A DNA stretch of 35,244 nt, taken from positions 1 to 35,244 of the forward strand of contig CALHKJ010000447.1 of the NCBI GenBank assembly GCA_938033975.1, in the 5' to 3' direction. Every line of letters starts with the position of its first letter. Positions within the stretch are counted from its first letter, which is position 1. This document shows positions 1-7,739 of this stretch, piece by piece. A program made the translations under genes and the position numbers. The notes under the pieces are model-generated. The model did no database searches. It saw only the letters and a list, made by a program, of their open reading frames with translations, and was not told the DNA's origin. This DNA is from an uncultured Saprospiraceae bacterium (GTDB lineage: Bacteria > Bacteroidota > Bacteroidia > Chitinophagales > Saprospiraceae).

Positions 1-1039
1 CTTCTGGTTGATTTCTTACCACTGAAATTGGATTTGATAAACTATAGCATCCATCCAATTGAGATGCATTATTTCCTACTGAAGCTCCTGTTAAGCCATC
101 TTCAAAACTCAAGTGCCAAATTAAGCAAGTTCCTGGACCTGCTCCATCAAAATCAACTACACTTGGCATTGGTGGAAGACCTAAGATGTTTCCTTGTTCA
201 TCTGTTACTACCCATTGGCTGTTTGTTCCTGTATTTCCTGATAAAGTAATTGAACCTGGTGCTAAGTTATCTGCTGCACCATCTCCAACGCAAAATTCAA
301 ATGGTCCACCTGTTAAGGTACCACCATTTGTTTCACAAACATCTCCTCCACATACTGCTTCCACAGTAATTTCATCAACATCCCAAACATTTTGGCTTGC
401 TCCATTTCCTACAGCGCAATAAGCTACTAGTTCAAAATTGAAGACAGTTGCTTGATTTACAGTAAAACCAGTCATTCCTGTAAAGTCAAAATTTTGCAGT
501 GTCCATGCATTATTTGTGTTAATTCCTGACTGCTCAAAAATCACATTGCCATTCGTCAAAACACGAACAGCATAAAATAATGGATAATTGTTTGGTCCTG
601 ACGCTCCGTCAATCCAGTCAAACTGAACCGGTGCCATCTCGTAGAAGTCTAATTTCGTAAGACTTACTGCTTCATTTGATAGCGGGTTTACATTTATGTC
701 AAATCTTACTGATCTGGCACTTCCTGGATTGTAAACACAACCTGTATCATAAGAGACACACATTGCTTCTGTTCCATTTACCCCTGGTGTACATGAGTGG
801 GGATTTACAAATGGTGTATTTCTGTATAAAGTATTTCCAACAACAGACAACATGATTTCGTCTGTGTTTACTATATCAGCTGTAAACTCAGAATAATCAG
901 AATTCGTCATGTTTGATGAATACGAAGTACATTCGTTTAGGTCAAAATGTACTGTTGCTGGTCCTCCAGCGTAGGCGTTTCCTAATAATAGTGTTAGGGA
1001 CATCATAAGCAGAGTGCTTATTTCGTATAGTCGATGCAT
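1..1039 (-). CDS. Secreted Cys-containing protein of unknown function, 5' part only (ORF continues past the window start)
   Basis: My own translation of the minus strand from ATG (complement of 1037-1039) gives 346 codons with no stop down to position 2. It begins MHRLYEISTLLMMSLTLLLGNAYAGG (signal-peptide-like). It continues ...CETNGGTLTGGPFEFCVGDGAADNL...NSQWVVTDEQGNILGLP...GPGTCLIWHLSFEDGL...GCYSLSNPISVVR. It is absent from the ORF track because it has no in-window stop. The plus-strand ORFs 28..249 and 186..422 lie antisense to it. Confidence 0.6.
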   Translation of the reverse strand, partial: MHRLYEISTLLMMSLTLLLGNAYAGGPATVHFDLNECTSYSSNMTNSDYSEFTADIVNTDEIMLSVVGNTLYRNTPFVNPHSCTPGVNGTEAMCVSYDTGCVYNPGSARSVRFDINVNPLSNEAVSLTKLDFYEMAPVQFDWIDGASGPNNYPLFYAVRVLTNGNVIFEQSGINTNNAWTLQNFDFTGMTGFTVNQATVFNFELVAYCAVGNGASQNVWDVDEITVEAVCGGDVCETNGGTLTGGPFEFCVGDGAADNLAPGSITLSGNTGTNSQWVVTDEQGNILGLPPMPSVVDFDGAGPGTCLIWHLSFEDGLTGASVGNNASQLDGCYSLSNPISVVRNQPE

Positions 1040-1121
1040 GAATATGGATTTTTGTTGATAATTACATGGTTTATGCAATCACAAATCCAAGGGTTGCCTA
1101 GAATTAGAATATTATTGGATT

Positions 1122-1496
1122 TTATAAAAACTTATCAACTTCAGCTAGGTCAGACTCACTGTAATCTTTGAAGAAATTTGAAAGATGATTTTTCGCTTTG
1201 ACGCGAATATCTTTATCTATGTAGCAGGCTATTGTTACCAATCCAAAACTAAGAATCCCCATATCATCAGTAAAACCCAAGAATGGGGAAAGATCTGGTA
1301 TACCATCAATTGGAGAGACGAAATAAGCTAAAGCACCTATAATAACATTCTTAGCCCACTTGGGAGTATCTTTTGATTTGTATGCATGAAATAGCAATAA
1401 GGCAGAATAAACTAGTTTGACACCCATTTTCTTAAACCACTTTTCTATGTAAAAAGTAGATTCATTAGGATTTATATGCTTGTTGTTTGGCGCCAT
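1122..1496 (-). CDS. DUF1232 (YkvA-like) small membrane protein
   Basis: 124 aa. The motif LAYFVSPIDGIPDLSPFLGFTDDMGIL matches the DUF1232 signature (Y..P.D.IPD..P..G..DD) and has hydrophobic flanks. Confidence 0.7.
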   Translation of the reverse strand: MAPNNKHINPNESTFYIEKWFKKMGVKLVYSALLLFHAYKSKDTPKWAKNVIIGALAYFVSPIDGIPDLSPFLGFTDDMGILSFGLVTIACYIDKDIRVKAKNHLSNFFKDYSESDLAEVDKFL

Positions 1497-1524
1497 TTAC
1501 CAATAAACAAAAAAAAGGAAGGAT

Positions 1525-2181
1525 TTAGTTCAAATTTGGAGCAAAACAATCTTCGGTGATACTTTTGAAATTGTAACCAGCTTGACTGTAGTAATCCAGT
1601 ACCTTTGGCAACACCTTTTTCAATATTGGGAAAGATTTATGGCTATCATGAAAAACGACAATCGAACCATCATGAGCATTTGAAACTACATTGTCGTAGC
1701 ATTTTTCCTCTGTTATCTTTGGATCAAAATCTCCACTTAGGACATCCCACATAATAATTTTAAAGTCCTTTTGTATGACCTTTGCTTGACTTGGTTTAAT
1801 TCTTCCGTATGGTGGTCTGAATAAATTTGAACTGCTTAACTCTGCTGCTTTTGTTACATTACTTACATAATCATTGTTGTCTGTAGCCCAACCTGAAAGG
1901 TGATTGTATGAATGACTTCCAACTGCATGACCTTGCTCCTGTAGATCAGCAAAAATTTGTGGATTATTATCAATATTCTCCCCCACACAAAAAAAGGTTG
2001 CTTTGGCTTCGTACTCTTGAAGCAAATCTAATACAAAAGGAGTAACATCTTCTACAGGACCATCATCAAAGGTGAGGTAAATGTCCTTATCTTTTTTCAC
2101 CTTTTCATTTTGGGTTTCAATATTCCAGATGAAGCCTGGAAAAGTCTTCCTTATGAATTGAGGCGTCTTAATTAAGTACAT
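1525..2181 (-). CDS. Polysaccharide deacetylase (NodB homology / CE4 family)
   Basis: All three core CE4 motifs are present: LTFDDGP, GSHSYNH and FRPPYGR. It lies 28 nt upstream of the DUF1232 gene on the same strand. Confidence 0.85.
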   Translation of the reverse strand: MYLIKTPQFIRKTFPGFIWNIETQNEKVKKDKDIYLTFDDGPVEDVTPFVLDLLQEYEAKATFFCVGENIDNNPQIFADLQEQGHAVGSHSYNHLSGWATDNNDYVSNVTKAAELSSSNLFRPPYGRIKPSQAKVIQKDFKIIMWDVLSGDFDPKITEEKCYDNVVSNAHDGSIVVFHDSHKSFPILKKVLPKVLDYYSQAGYNFKSITEDCFAPNLN

Positions 2182-2299
2182 TTTTCTGCTATTAGTGTGA
2201 TTATGAACGGGCTACACTACTATAACGAAGCAAACTTCCAAATGGGTACTGTTTTCTTCAACTATTTTCAATAAAATCGACGAAATGTATTGGCAAACA

Positions 2300-2791
2300 C
2301 TATGATTGACCAAACAAGCCAGAAAAGTATTTTTTATAAATTTTCTTCCTTGGGTAAAAACCCAAAAACATAGCTGGATAAAGTAGCAAATCAAGAATCA
2401 CATTATTGCTGGAAAAAGAAATATCATCCACTATGATTGATTGGGAGTCAGTTTCATACTCAACAATGTGTTTGTGCTTCCACTTTTTAAGAGGAAAAGG
2501 CAATTTATAGCCTTCATCTAGGAAAAAGGCCATTTTATCATCTGAGCCATGATCAGTTATTTTGCTGATCCACTCTGTACGAAAAGGCTTCACAAATCGA
2601 ATGTGCACAAGATCTCCTTTTTGTGAGCCTGTAAATTCAACAATTTCCATTTTAGCACCAATAGGCTTTAATGCTTCAAATAGGTCAAGGTCAAAGCGAT
2701 CCATAACTTTTTCGAAATGTCCATTTACTCTTGTTCGCAACTTTAAATTCATGTCGTCAAGATATTTGAATTTATTAACAACAGTTTTCAA
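2300..2791 (-). CDS. Hypothetical protein, possibly SRPBCC/START-like fold
   Basis: Clean 163-aa ORF from TTG 2791; the first ATG is at 2752 (MNLKLRTRVNGHF...). I recognise no diagnostic motif, and the fold guess rests only on size and general resemblance. Confidence 0.45.
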   Translation of the reverse strand: MKTVVNKFKYLDDMNLKLRTRVNGHFEKVMDRFDLDLFEALKPIGAKMEIVEFTGSQKGDLVHIRFVKPFRTEWISKITDHGSDDKMAFFLDEGYKLPFPLKKWKHKHIVEYETDSQSIIVDDISFSSNNVILDLLLYPAMFLGFYPRKKIYKKYFSGLFGQS

Positions 2792-2949
2792 ATTAAGATT
2801 ATCCGACTGAAGAATTTTTAGAAAAAATATATAAAATTAGCAATACTTACAAAACATTTAGTATTACTAACTGTTAGATTAACGATTACCAAAGGGTAAT
2901 TTAAATGATGCTAAATAAGTGTATATTTTTTTACCGAAAATTTATAACT

Positions 2950-3732
2950 ATGAAACAAAACAATTTAAAATTCGGGTTTTTACTTCTTAGTTTTTTATTC
3001 TTCTCCCAAAGTTGCGTGACAGTAAATCAAGGAGAAGTTGGCGTTAAAAGAAAATTGGGTCAGTTTTCAGACGAAGGCTACACAGAAGGCTTAAGATTTT
3101 ATAATCCATTTATTAGTAGAATAATTAAGATTTCTATTCAAACAGAAAATCTTGAAGTTGGTTTGAATATTCCATCAAAAGAAGGACTCAATATCTATTC
3201 TGAGGTAAGCATTTTATATAATGTTGATCCAAATATGGCCTCTGACTTATTAAGAGAGATTGGCACTGAATACGAAGCCAACGTAATACTACCTGTATTT
3301 AGATCAGCTGTTGCAGATGTATCAGCTAATTATTTTGCAAAAGATATGCATACTGGCCAAAGGTCAAGTATCGAAAAATCAATCAAGGATCGAATGATGA
3401 CCTATCTAGAAGAAAAAGGAATTTTTGTTGAAGCTGTGTTGTTGAAGAGCATTCAACTTCCTGCCAGTTTAGCAATGGCTATTGAACAAAAACTAGAAGC
3501 AGAACAAGAAGCACAAAGAATGGAGTTTGTTCTTACACAAGCAGAAAGAGAAGCAGAACAAAAGAGAATAGAAGCTAAAGGTGTGAGGGATGCACAGCTA
3601 ATTATTGCAGAGGGTCTAGATCAAAAAGTACTGCAATTTAAGTCTATTGAAGCTTTTGAAAAATTAGCCAACTCAGCAAATGCAAAAGTTATTATCTCAG
3701 ACGGGGATATGCCAATAATTTTGAATGATTAA
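2950..3732 (+). CDS. SPFH/band-7 (prohibitin/HflC-like) lipoprotein
   Basis: The internal ATG at 2950 gives MKQNNLKFGFLLLSFLFFSQSC (lipobox-like). This is followed by VNQGEVGVKRKLG...GL.FYNPFI and a C-terminal AEQEAQR...EAEQKRIEAKG coiled coil typical of SPFH proteins. Confidence 0.85.
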   Translation: MKQNNLKFGFLLLSFLFFSQSCVTVNQGEVGVKRKLGQFSDEGYTEGLRFYNPFISRIIKISIQTENLEVGLNIPSKEGLNIYSEVSILYNVDPNMASDLLREIGTEYEANVILPVFRSAVADVSANYFAKDMHTGQRSSIEKSIKDRMMTYLEEKGIFVEAVLLKSIQLPASLAMAIEQKLEAEQEAQRMEFVLTQAEREAEQKRIEAKGVRDAQLIIAEGLDQKVLQFKSIEAFEKLANSANAKVIISDGDMPIILND

Positions 3733-3737
3733 ATAAT

Positions 3738-3774
3738 GATTGGGGGGGGGGATGAATAAACTCCCCCCCCAATT
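3738..3774 (+). terminator. G10/C8 stem-loop between the SPFH and TPR genes (putative terminator)
   Basis: The sequence is gatt-G10 (3742-3751), atgaataaact, C8 (3763-3770), aatt. It can form 8 G:C plus 3 A:T pairs with a loop of about 13 nt. It starts 6 nt after the SPFH stop (3730-3732) and ends 14 nt before ATG 3788. Confidence 0.5.
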
Positions 3775-3787
3775 TAAATTTCATAAT

Positions 3788-4975
3788 ATGAAAACTTTAA
3801 ATTCCATTTTACTCGTTTTTTTCATAATAGTTTCAAACTTTAAAATTACAGCTCAATCAAATTCTATTAAGCAAGCTGAAATTTTTATAAAACAAGGGAA
3901 TTATTCTCGAGCAATTTCAATATTAGATGAACATATTAATCTTAACCCATATGATGATCGGGCTTACATCATGCGAGCTTGGTCTCATGGAATATTAGGG
4001 CATAGAAATGAAAAGCAACAAGATTTAGATTTCGCTGAGCATTTAAATCCTCTGGTTTATATGTATATCAATGAGTCAATAAGGTCAAGTTTGTATGAAA
4101 AAAAACTATTTGACTATGATTTTAGCTTCATGATTGAAGATTTCACTAAATCACCAGTTGGAATTGAAAATTATAAAAAGTACGTTATAAACGAACCCTA
4201 TCCTAAAAAAATAGATAGTATTACATTTTTAGCCATTCAATATCTCTCTAATTTTAAGCTAAGTGAAGCTGAACCACTTATAAATAAAATCGGCCAAGAA
4301 ACAGATTCTTCTAATTTATACTACGACTTAAAAGGAATTTTGGAATTGAAAAAAAATCAAATCGAAAGTGCTATAGATTACTTTACTAATGCAATAAATA
4401 AATCTCCCAACTATGCTATGGCATACCATAATCGCTCAATTGCTCATATGTCAAATAGTGATTTTGTTAAAGCTGAAATTGACTTGTCCAAAGCCATTAG
4501 CCTAGATGATAATATCGCGATATTTTACTTCACTAAAGCAAAGTTTATGGAAAGTGTTAGTAATGAAGAAGAGGCCATTAAACTATATAAAAAAGCTACT
4601 AGTATTGATCCAAAATACATTGAGGCTAAAACGAATTTGATGTTGCTCCAAAAATCTCAAGGCAATTACAATGAATCGATAACTGAATTATCCAATCTTA
4701 TCAATACATACAATAAAGATGCTGAGTATCATTATATAAAAGGAGGTTTAGATTTGACTTATGGTTTGTATAATGAAGCAATACTTGAGTTTGAAACATT
4801 TCTATTATCAAATCCAGAAGACCCTTCTGCGATCTTTAATCTCGGTCTTTCAAAGTATTTAAATAATCAAAAAATTGAAGGTTGTGAAGAAATTAAGGAA
4901 AGTATTGAAGTTTCTAATTCAGAAAAGAAAAATAAGATTTATTCTACTATTTGTAAAAATATAACCTTCGATTGA
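3788..4975 (+). CDS. Secreted TPR-repeat protein
   Basis: ATG 3788 gives MKTLNSILLVFFIIVSNFKITAQ (signal peptide). Repeated TPR-like units follow (e.g. AISILDEHINLNPYDDRAY, AIDYFTNAINKSPNYAMAYHNRS, AIKLYKKATSIDPKYIEA). The track start at 3740 is a TTG inside the hairpin. Confidence 0.8.
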   Translation: MKTLNSILLVFFIIVSNFKITAQSNSIKQAEIFIKQGNYSRAISILDEHINLNPYDDRAYIMRAWSHGILGHRNEKQQDLDFAEHLNPLVYMYINESIRSSLYEKKLFDYDFSFMIEDFTKSPVGIENYKKYVINEPYPKKIDSITFLAIQYLSNFKLSEAEPLINKIGQETDSSNLYYDLKGILELKKNQIESAIDYFTNAINKSPNYAMAYHNRSIAHMSNSDFVKAEIDLSKAISLDDNIAIFYFTKAKFMESVSNEEEAIKLYKKATSIDPKYIEAKTNLMLLQKSQGNYNESITELSNLINTYNKDAEYHYIKGGLDLTYGLYNEAILEFETFLLSNPEDPSAIFNLGLSKYLNNQKIEGCEEIKESIEVSNSEKKNKIYSTICKNITFD

Positions 4976-5129
4976 GGATTTAATTCACAAGGTCAAATTG
5001 ACAGAAAGAATAAGAATAATGAAAATTTGACATTTGAAAAGTGACGAAATTTCATGAATTTGAAGCTGGCACAAGCGTTGATTATATTGGACTGATAAGT
5101 GTATTTTTTAATTATTAAATTAATGAGTT

Positions 5130-5567
5130 ATGTTACCAATTAAATCAAATTTAATTCCGACCGTCTCTCGTTTTTTAGAAGATGATTGGAAAAACTTATT
5201 TGAATGGAATCCCGAAAAGAACTTAACAAGGTTATTTTCCCCACCAACAAACATTGTAGAGTTTTCAGAATACTTCGAAGTAGATATAGCAATACCTGGT
5301 TTCAAAAAAGAATGTTTCAAAATTGAAATAAAAAATCAAACACTAATTCTAACTGCTGAAAAGGCAAATGAAGATTCTAGTGAAACGATCTCCTACATTC
5401 GAAAAGAATTTGAATATCAAAAATTCACTAAGCTTATAGATTTGAACTCTTCAATTATGGATGAAGCTAACATCTCTGCTCAATATATTGATGGAGTACT
5501 AAAGATTCACATTCCAAAAAAAGAAGAAGCCAAAAGTAAGCCTGCAAAAACCATAGAAATTTCGTAA
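5130..5567 (+). CDS. Small heat-shock protein, Hsp20/alpha-crystallin family
   Basis: The alpha-crystallin domain pattern is present: FEVDIAIPGFKKECFKIEIKNQTLILTAEK...RKEFEYQKFTKLIDL...ISAQYIDGVLKIHIPKKEE. Confidence 0.85.
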   Translation: MLPIKSNLIPTVSRFLEDDWKNLFEWNPEKNLTRLFSPPTNIVEFSEYFEVDIAIPGFKKECFKIEIKNQTLILTAEKANEDSSETISYIRKEFEYQKFTKLIDLNSSIMDEANISAQYIDGVLKIHIPKKEEAKSKPAKTIEIS

Positions 5568-5610
5568 GAAACAATATTCTATTTATTTCATAAATCTATA
5601 AAATTATTAA

Positions 5611-7131
5611 ATGATGAATAAACAATTTATTTATTCGGGTTTGATTGCTTTATTGATAAGTGTAATCACAATAGGAGCATTCGAATATTTTAATGACGAT
5701 TCTAAAAAAGTACAAGTTGAGTACATTAATGAGGTACCTTCTAAGTCAACATTATTTACTTATAATAATGAAGGCAAAATAGTGCCACTTGATTTTCAAG
5801 AAACCTCAAAAGAAGTAATCAATTCTATAGTTCATATAAAATCTAGTAGAATCGCGAAAAATTCCTTTGGAGAAATGCAATTGCGCTCTATTCCTAGCCC
5901 ATTCAAAGATTTTTTTGGAGATAGTTTCAGAGAAGATTTATTACCTTATAAAATTAATCCTCAGAAAGATCAAGACCATCTTCAGATTGGCACAGGGTCT
6001 GGTGTAATTGTCAGTAATGACGGATATATAATTACAAATAACCATGTCATTGATCAAGCGGAAGATATCGAGGTAACCTTGTTTGATAATAGAACATTAA
6101 AAGCAAGGATTATTGGGACTGATCCAACTACAGATTTAGCGCTTTTAAGAATTGATGCAAAAAATCTCAGCTCAATTCCATTTGCAAATTCTGAAAATGT
6201 CAATGTCGGACAATGGGTTCTAGCAGTTGGTAATCCAATGGGCTTGAACAGTACTGTAACTGCAGGAATCGTCAGTGCAAAAGGTAGAAATATAAATATT
6301 CTCAAAGAAAAGTATGCTGTTGAGAATTTTATTCAAACTGATGCAGCTATAAATCCTGGAAATAGTGGTGGTGCTTTGGTAAATCTGCAAGGTGGTTTGA
6401 TAGGCATCAATACGGCTATTGCAAGCCCTACAGGTAGTTTTGCTGGATATGGTTTTGCAATACCAGCCAATTTAGTAGCAAAGGTCATGGAAGACTTCAT
6501 AAAATTTGGAGCTGTACAAAAAGGCATTTTAGGAATTACAATTAGAACACTAAATGCAAGTCTTGCTAATGAGCATGAATTAGACCTAAATACTGGAGTG
6601 TATGTAGATAGTCTTTTAGAAAAAAGTGCTGCAGGTAAAGCTGGAGTAAAAGCTGGTGATGTAATTGTAGAAATCAATTCGAAAAAAGTAAAGTCTGCAT
6701 CTGAACTACAAGGTGAAATTGCACAATTTAGCCCTGGTGATAAGGTTAATTTAAAAATTAACAGAAGAGGTAAAGAAAAAGATATCTCGGTTAGTCTAAC
6801 AAATAGTTTTGGTGAAGCGGCAAGTATGTCCGAAGAAGATGTTGAAATCATTAAATTATTAGGAGTAAATATAGAAGAACTTTCTAAAGATAGACTAAAA
6901 GAACTAGAGATTGACAAAGGACTACAAATAAAGAAGATACAATCAGGAAAAATAGAACAACAAACTCAGATGAAAGAAGGATTTATCTTGACTCATGTTG
7001 ATGGAAAAAAAATAAAAAGTAAAGAAGAATTATTGAATATTTTAAAAGACAAAGAAGAAGGAGGAGTAATGCTAGAAGGCAAATATGAAAATATACCAGG
7101 GAAATTTTACTATGCTTTTGGATTACACTAA
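5611..7131 (+). CDS. htrA: Periplasmic serine endoprotease, HtrA/DegP/DegQ (Do) family with two PDZ domains
   Basis: The catalytic triad context is present: GSGVIVSNDGYIITNNHVI (His), TDLALLRI (Asp), GNSGGALVN (Ser). There is an N-terminal TM/signal and two PDZ-like segments (GVYVDSL...AGVKAGDVIVEINSKKV and GLQIKKI...KEGFILTHVDGKKI). Confidence 0.9.
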   Translation: MMNKQFIYSGLIALLISVITIGAFEYFNDDSKKVQVEYINEVPSKSTLFTYNNEGKIVPLDFQETSKEVINSIVHIKSSRIAKNSFGEMQLRSIPSPFKDFFGDSFREDLLPYKINPQKDQDHLQIGTGSGVIVSNDGYIITNNHVIDQAEDIEVTLFDNRTLKARIIGTDPTTDLALLRIDAKNLSSIPFANSENVNVGQWVLAVGNPMGLNSTVTAGIVSAKGRNINILKEKYAVENFIQTDAAINPGNSGGALVNLQGGLIGINTAIASPTGSFAGYGFAIPANLVAKVMEDFIKFGAVQKGILGITIRTLNASLANEHELDLNTGVYVDSLLEKSAAGKAGVKAGDVIVEINSKKVKSASELQGEIAQFSPGDKVNLKINRRGKEKDISVSLTNSFGEAASMSEEDVEIIKLLGVNIEELSKDRLKELEIDKGLQIKKIQSGKIEQQTQMKEGFILTHVDGKKIKSKEELLNILKDKEEGGVMLEGKYENIPGKFYYAFGLH

Positions 7132-7173
7132 TACATGATATGAGATTGAGTTTTGGAAATTGATTTGACCAAT

Positions 7174-7213
7174 ATGTTTGTGACAGTCATTTCATTTTGA
7201 CTGTTGCAAACAT
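7174..7213 (+). terminator. Stem-loop downstream of htrA (putative terminator)
   Basis: atgtttgtgacagtca (7174-7189) pairs with tgactgttgcaaacat (7198-7213). This gives 16 positions including two G.U wobbles, with an 8-nt loop, 43 nt after the htrA stop. Confidence 0.5.
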
Positions 7214-7281
7214 TTGGTCTAAAAAATGGTCATCCCTTAAACTAATCAAAATATTCATTGTTTAAAAATAAAATAAATGAT

Positions 7282-7473
7282 ATGACGAAGCAAGCATTTA
7301 ATGAAGAAGCAATTAAAGATTCTATACAGCTTTTGAAAGTAAAGAAAGGAAAGTATTATGTTCGTTTTCCCAAATTAGAAACACCAATCATAATGAATGA
7401 ATACTTTTTTAACCAAATAAAAAACGAAGTTTTTAACCAATTAAAAAATGAAGTTCAAAATGTTGAAAATTAG
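7282..7473 (+). CDS. Small hypothetical protein (63 aa from ATG 7282)
   Basis: The ORF is bracketed by the hairpins at 7174-7213 and 7519-7572. It contains a 24-nt imperfect tandem duplication (7411-7434 / 7435-7458, protein NQIKNEVF/NQLKNEVQ). I recognise no family. Confidence 0.3.
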   Translation: MTKQAFNEEAIKDSIQLLKVKKGKYYVRFPKLETPIIMNEYFFNQIKNEVFNQLKNEVQNVEN

Positions 7474-7518
7474 TAGTTAAATTCATTCCCGTTCAGTAGT
7501 AGTTTATTTGTGATAACC

Positions 7519-7572
7519 AAAAGGGCAAAGTCTAGCATCAAATATGCATAAGATTTTGCCCTTTTATTTTTT
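7519..7572 (+). terminator. Intrinsic terminator-like hairpin with T-tract
   Basis: aaaagggcaaa (7519-7529) pairs with tttgccctttt (7555-7565). The loop holds an inner GCAT/ATGC mini-stem, and the hairpin is followed by attttttaaa. Confidence 0.6.
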
Positions 7573-7714
7573 AAATTAATTGAATCAAGAATTTTAAGTG
7601 TAATTGTATCACCATCAAACATTAAGTCCTTTATTCCTGGTAAATATATTCTAGCAATTAATCATAAAGTAGAAAAATTACTTGCAATAAATTACGCTCG
7701 TTGATTTAAGAGAC

Positions 7715-7722
7715 TATTTTTG
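7715..7722 (+). promoter_or_regulatory. Candidate Bacteroidetes -7 promoter box (TAnnTTTG) for gltX
   Basis: TATTTTTG lies 18 nt upstream of the gltX ATG (7740) and matches the Bacteroidetes sigma-A -7 consensus TAnnTTTG. I saw no clean -33 TTG at ideal spacing. Confidence 0.35.
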
Positions 7723-7739
7723 CAGCACAAACAAACACT

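Noticed and set aside
28-422. Plus-strand track ORFs 28..249 and 186..422
   Set aside because: Both lie antisense to a much longer uninterrupted minus-strand ORF (1..1039) that has a signal peptide. Their low-complexity products look like antisense artefacts.
2212-2810. Track ORFs 2212..2394 (-) and 2562..2810 (+)
   Set aside because: The first overlaps the 3' end of the 2300..2791 gene and an intergenic spacer. The second is antisense to 2300..2791. Neither has a recognisable motif.
3740-3787. TTG 3740 / ATG 3752 as the start of the TPR gene
   Set aside because: Both lie inside the G10/C8 hairpin and would add MGGGMNKLPPQFKFHN ahead of a perfect signal peptide that begins at ATG 3788. The downstream ATG is preferred, although the in-frame extension is noted in the findings.
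5027-5055. TTGACA at 5027-5032 as a sigma-70 -35 box for hsp20
   Set aside because: The hexamer 17 nt downstream (tttcat) is a poor -10, and Bacteroidetes primary sigma factors use the -33/-7 (TAnnTTTG) architecture. It is probably coincidental.
5120-5320. Minus-strand ORF antisense to hsp20
   Set aside because: It is fully contained in and antisense to a gene with a clear alpha-crystallin domain.
6054-6917. Minus-strand ORFs 6054..6305 and 6333..6917 (194 aa)
   Set aside because: They are antisense to htrA. The Ser/Ala/Leu-rich low-complexity translations are typical of the reverse frame of a Gly/Ala-rich protease gene.
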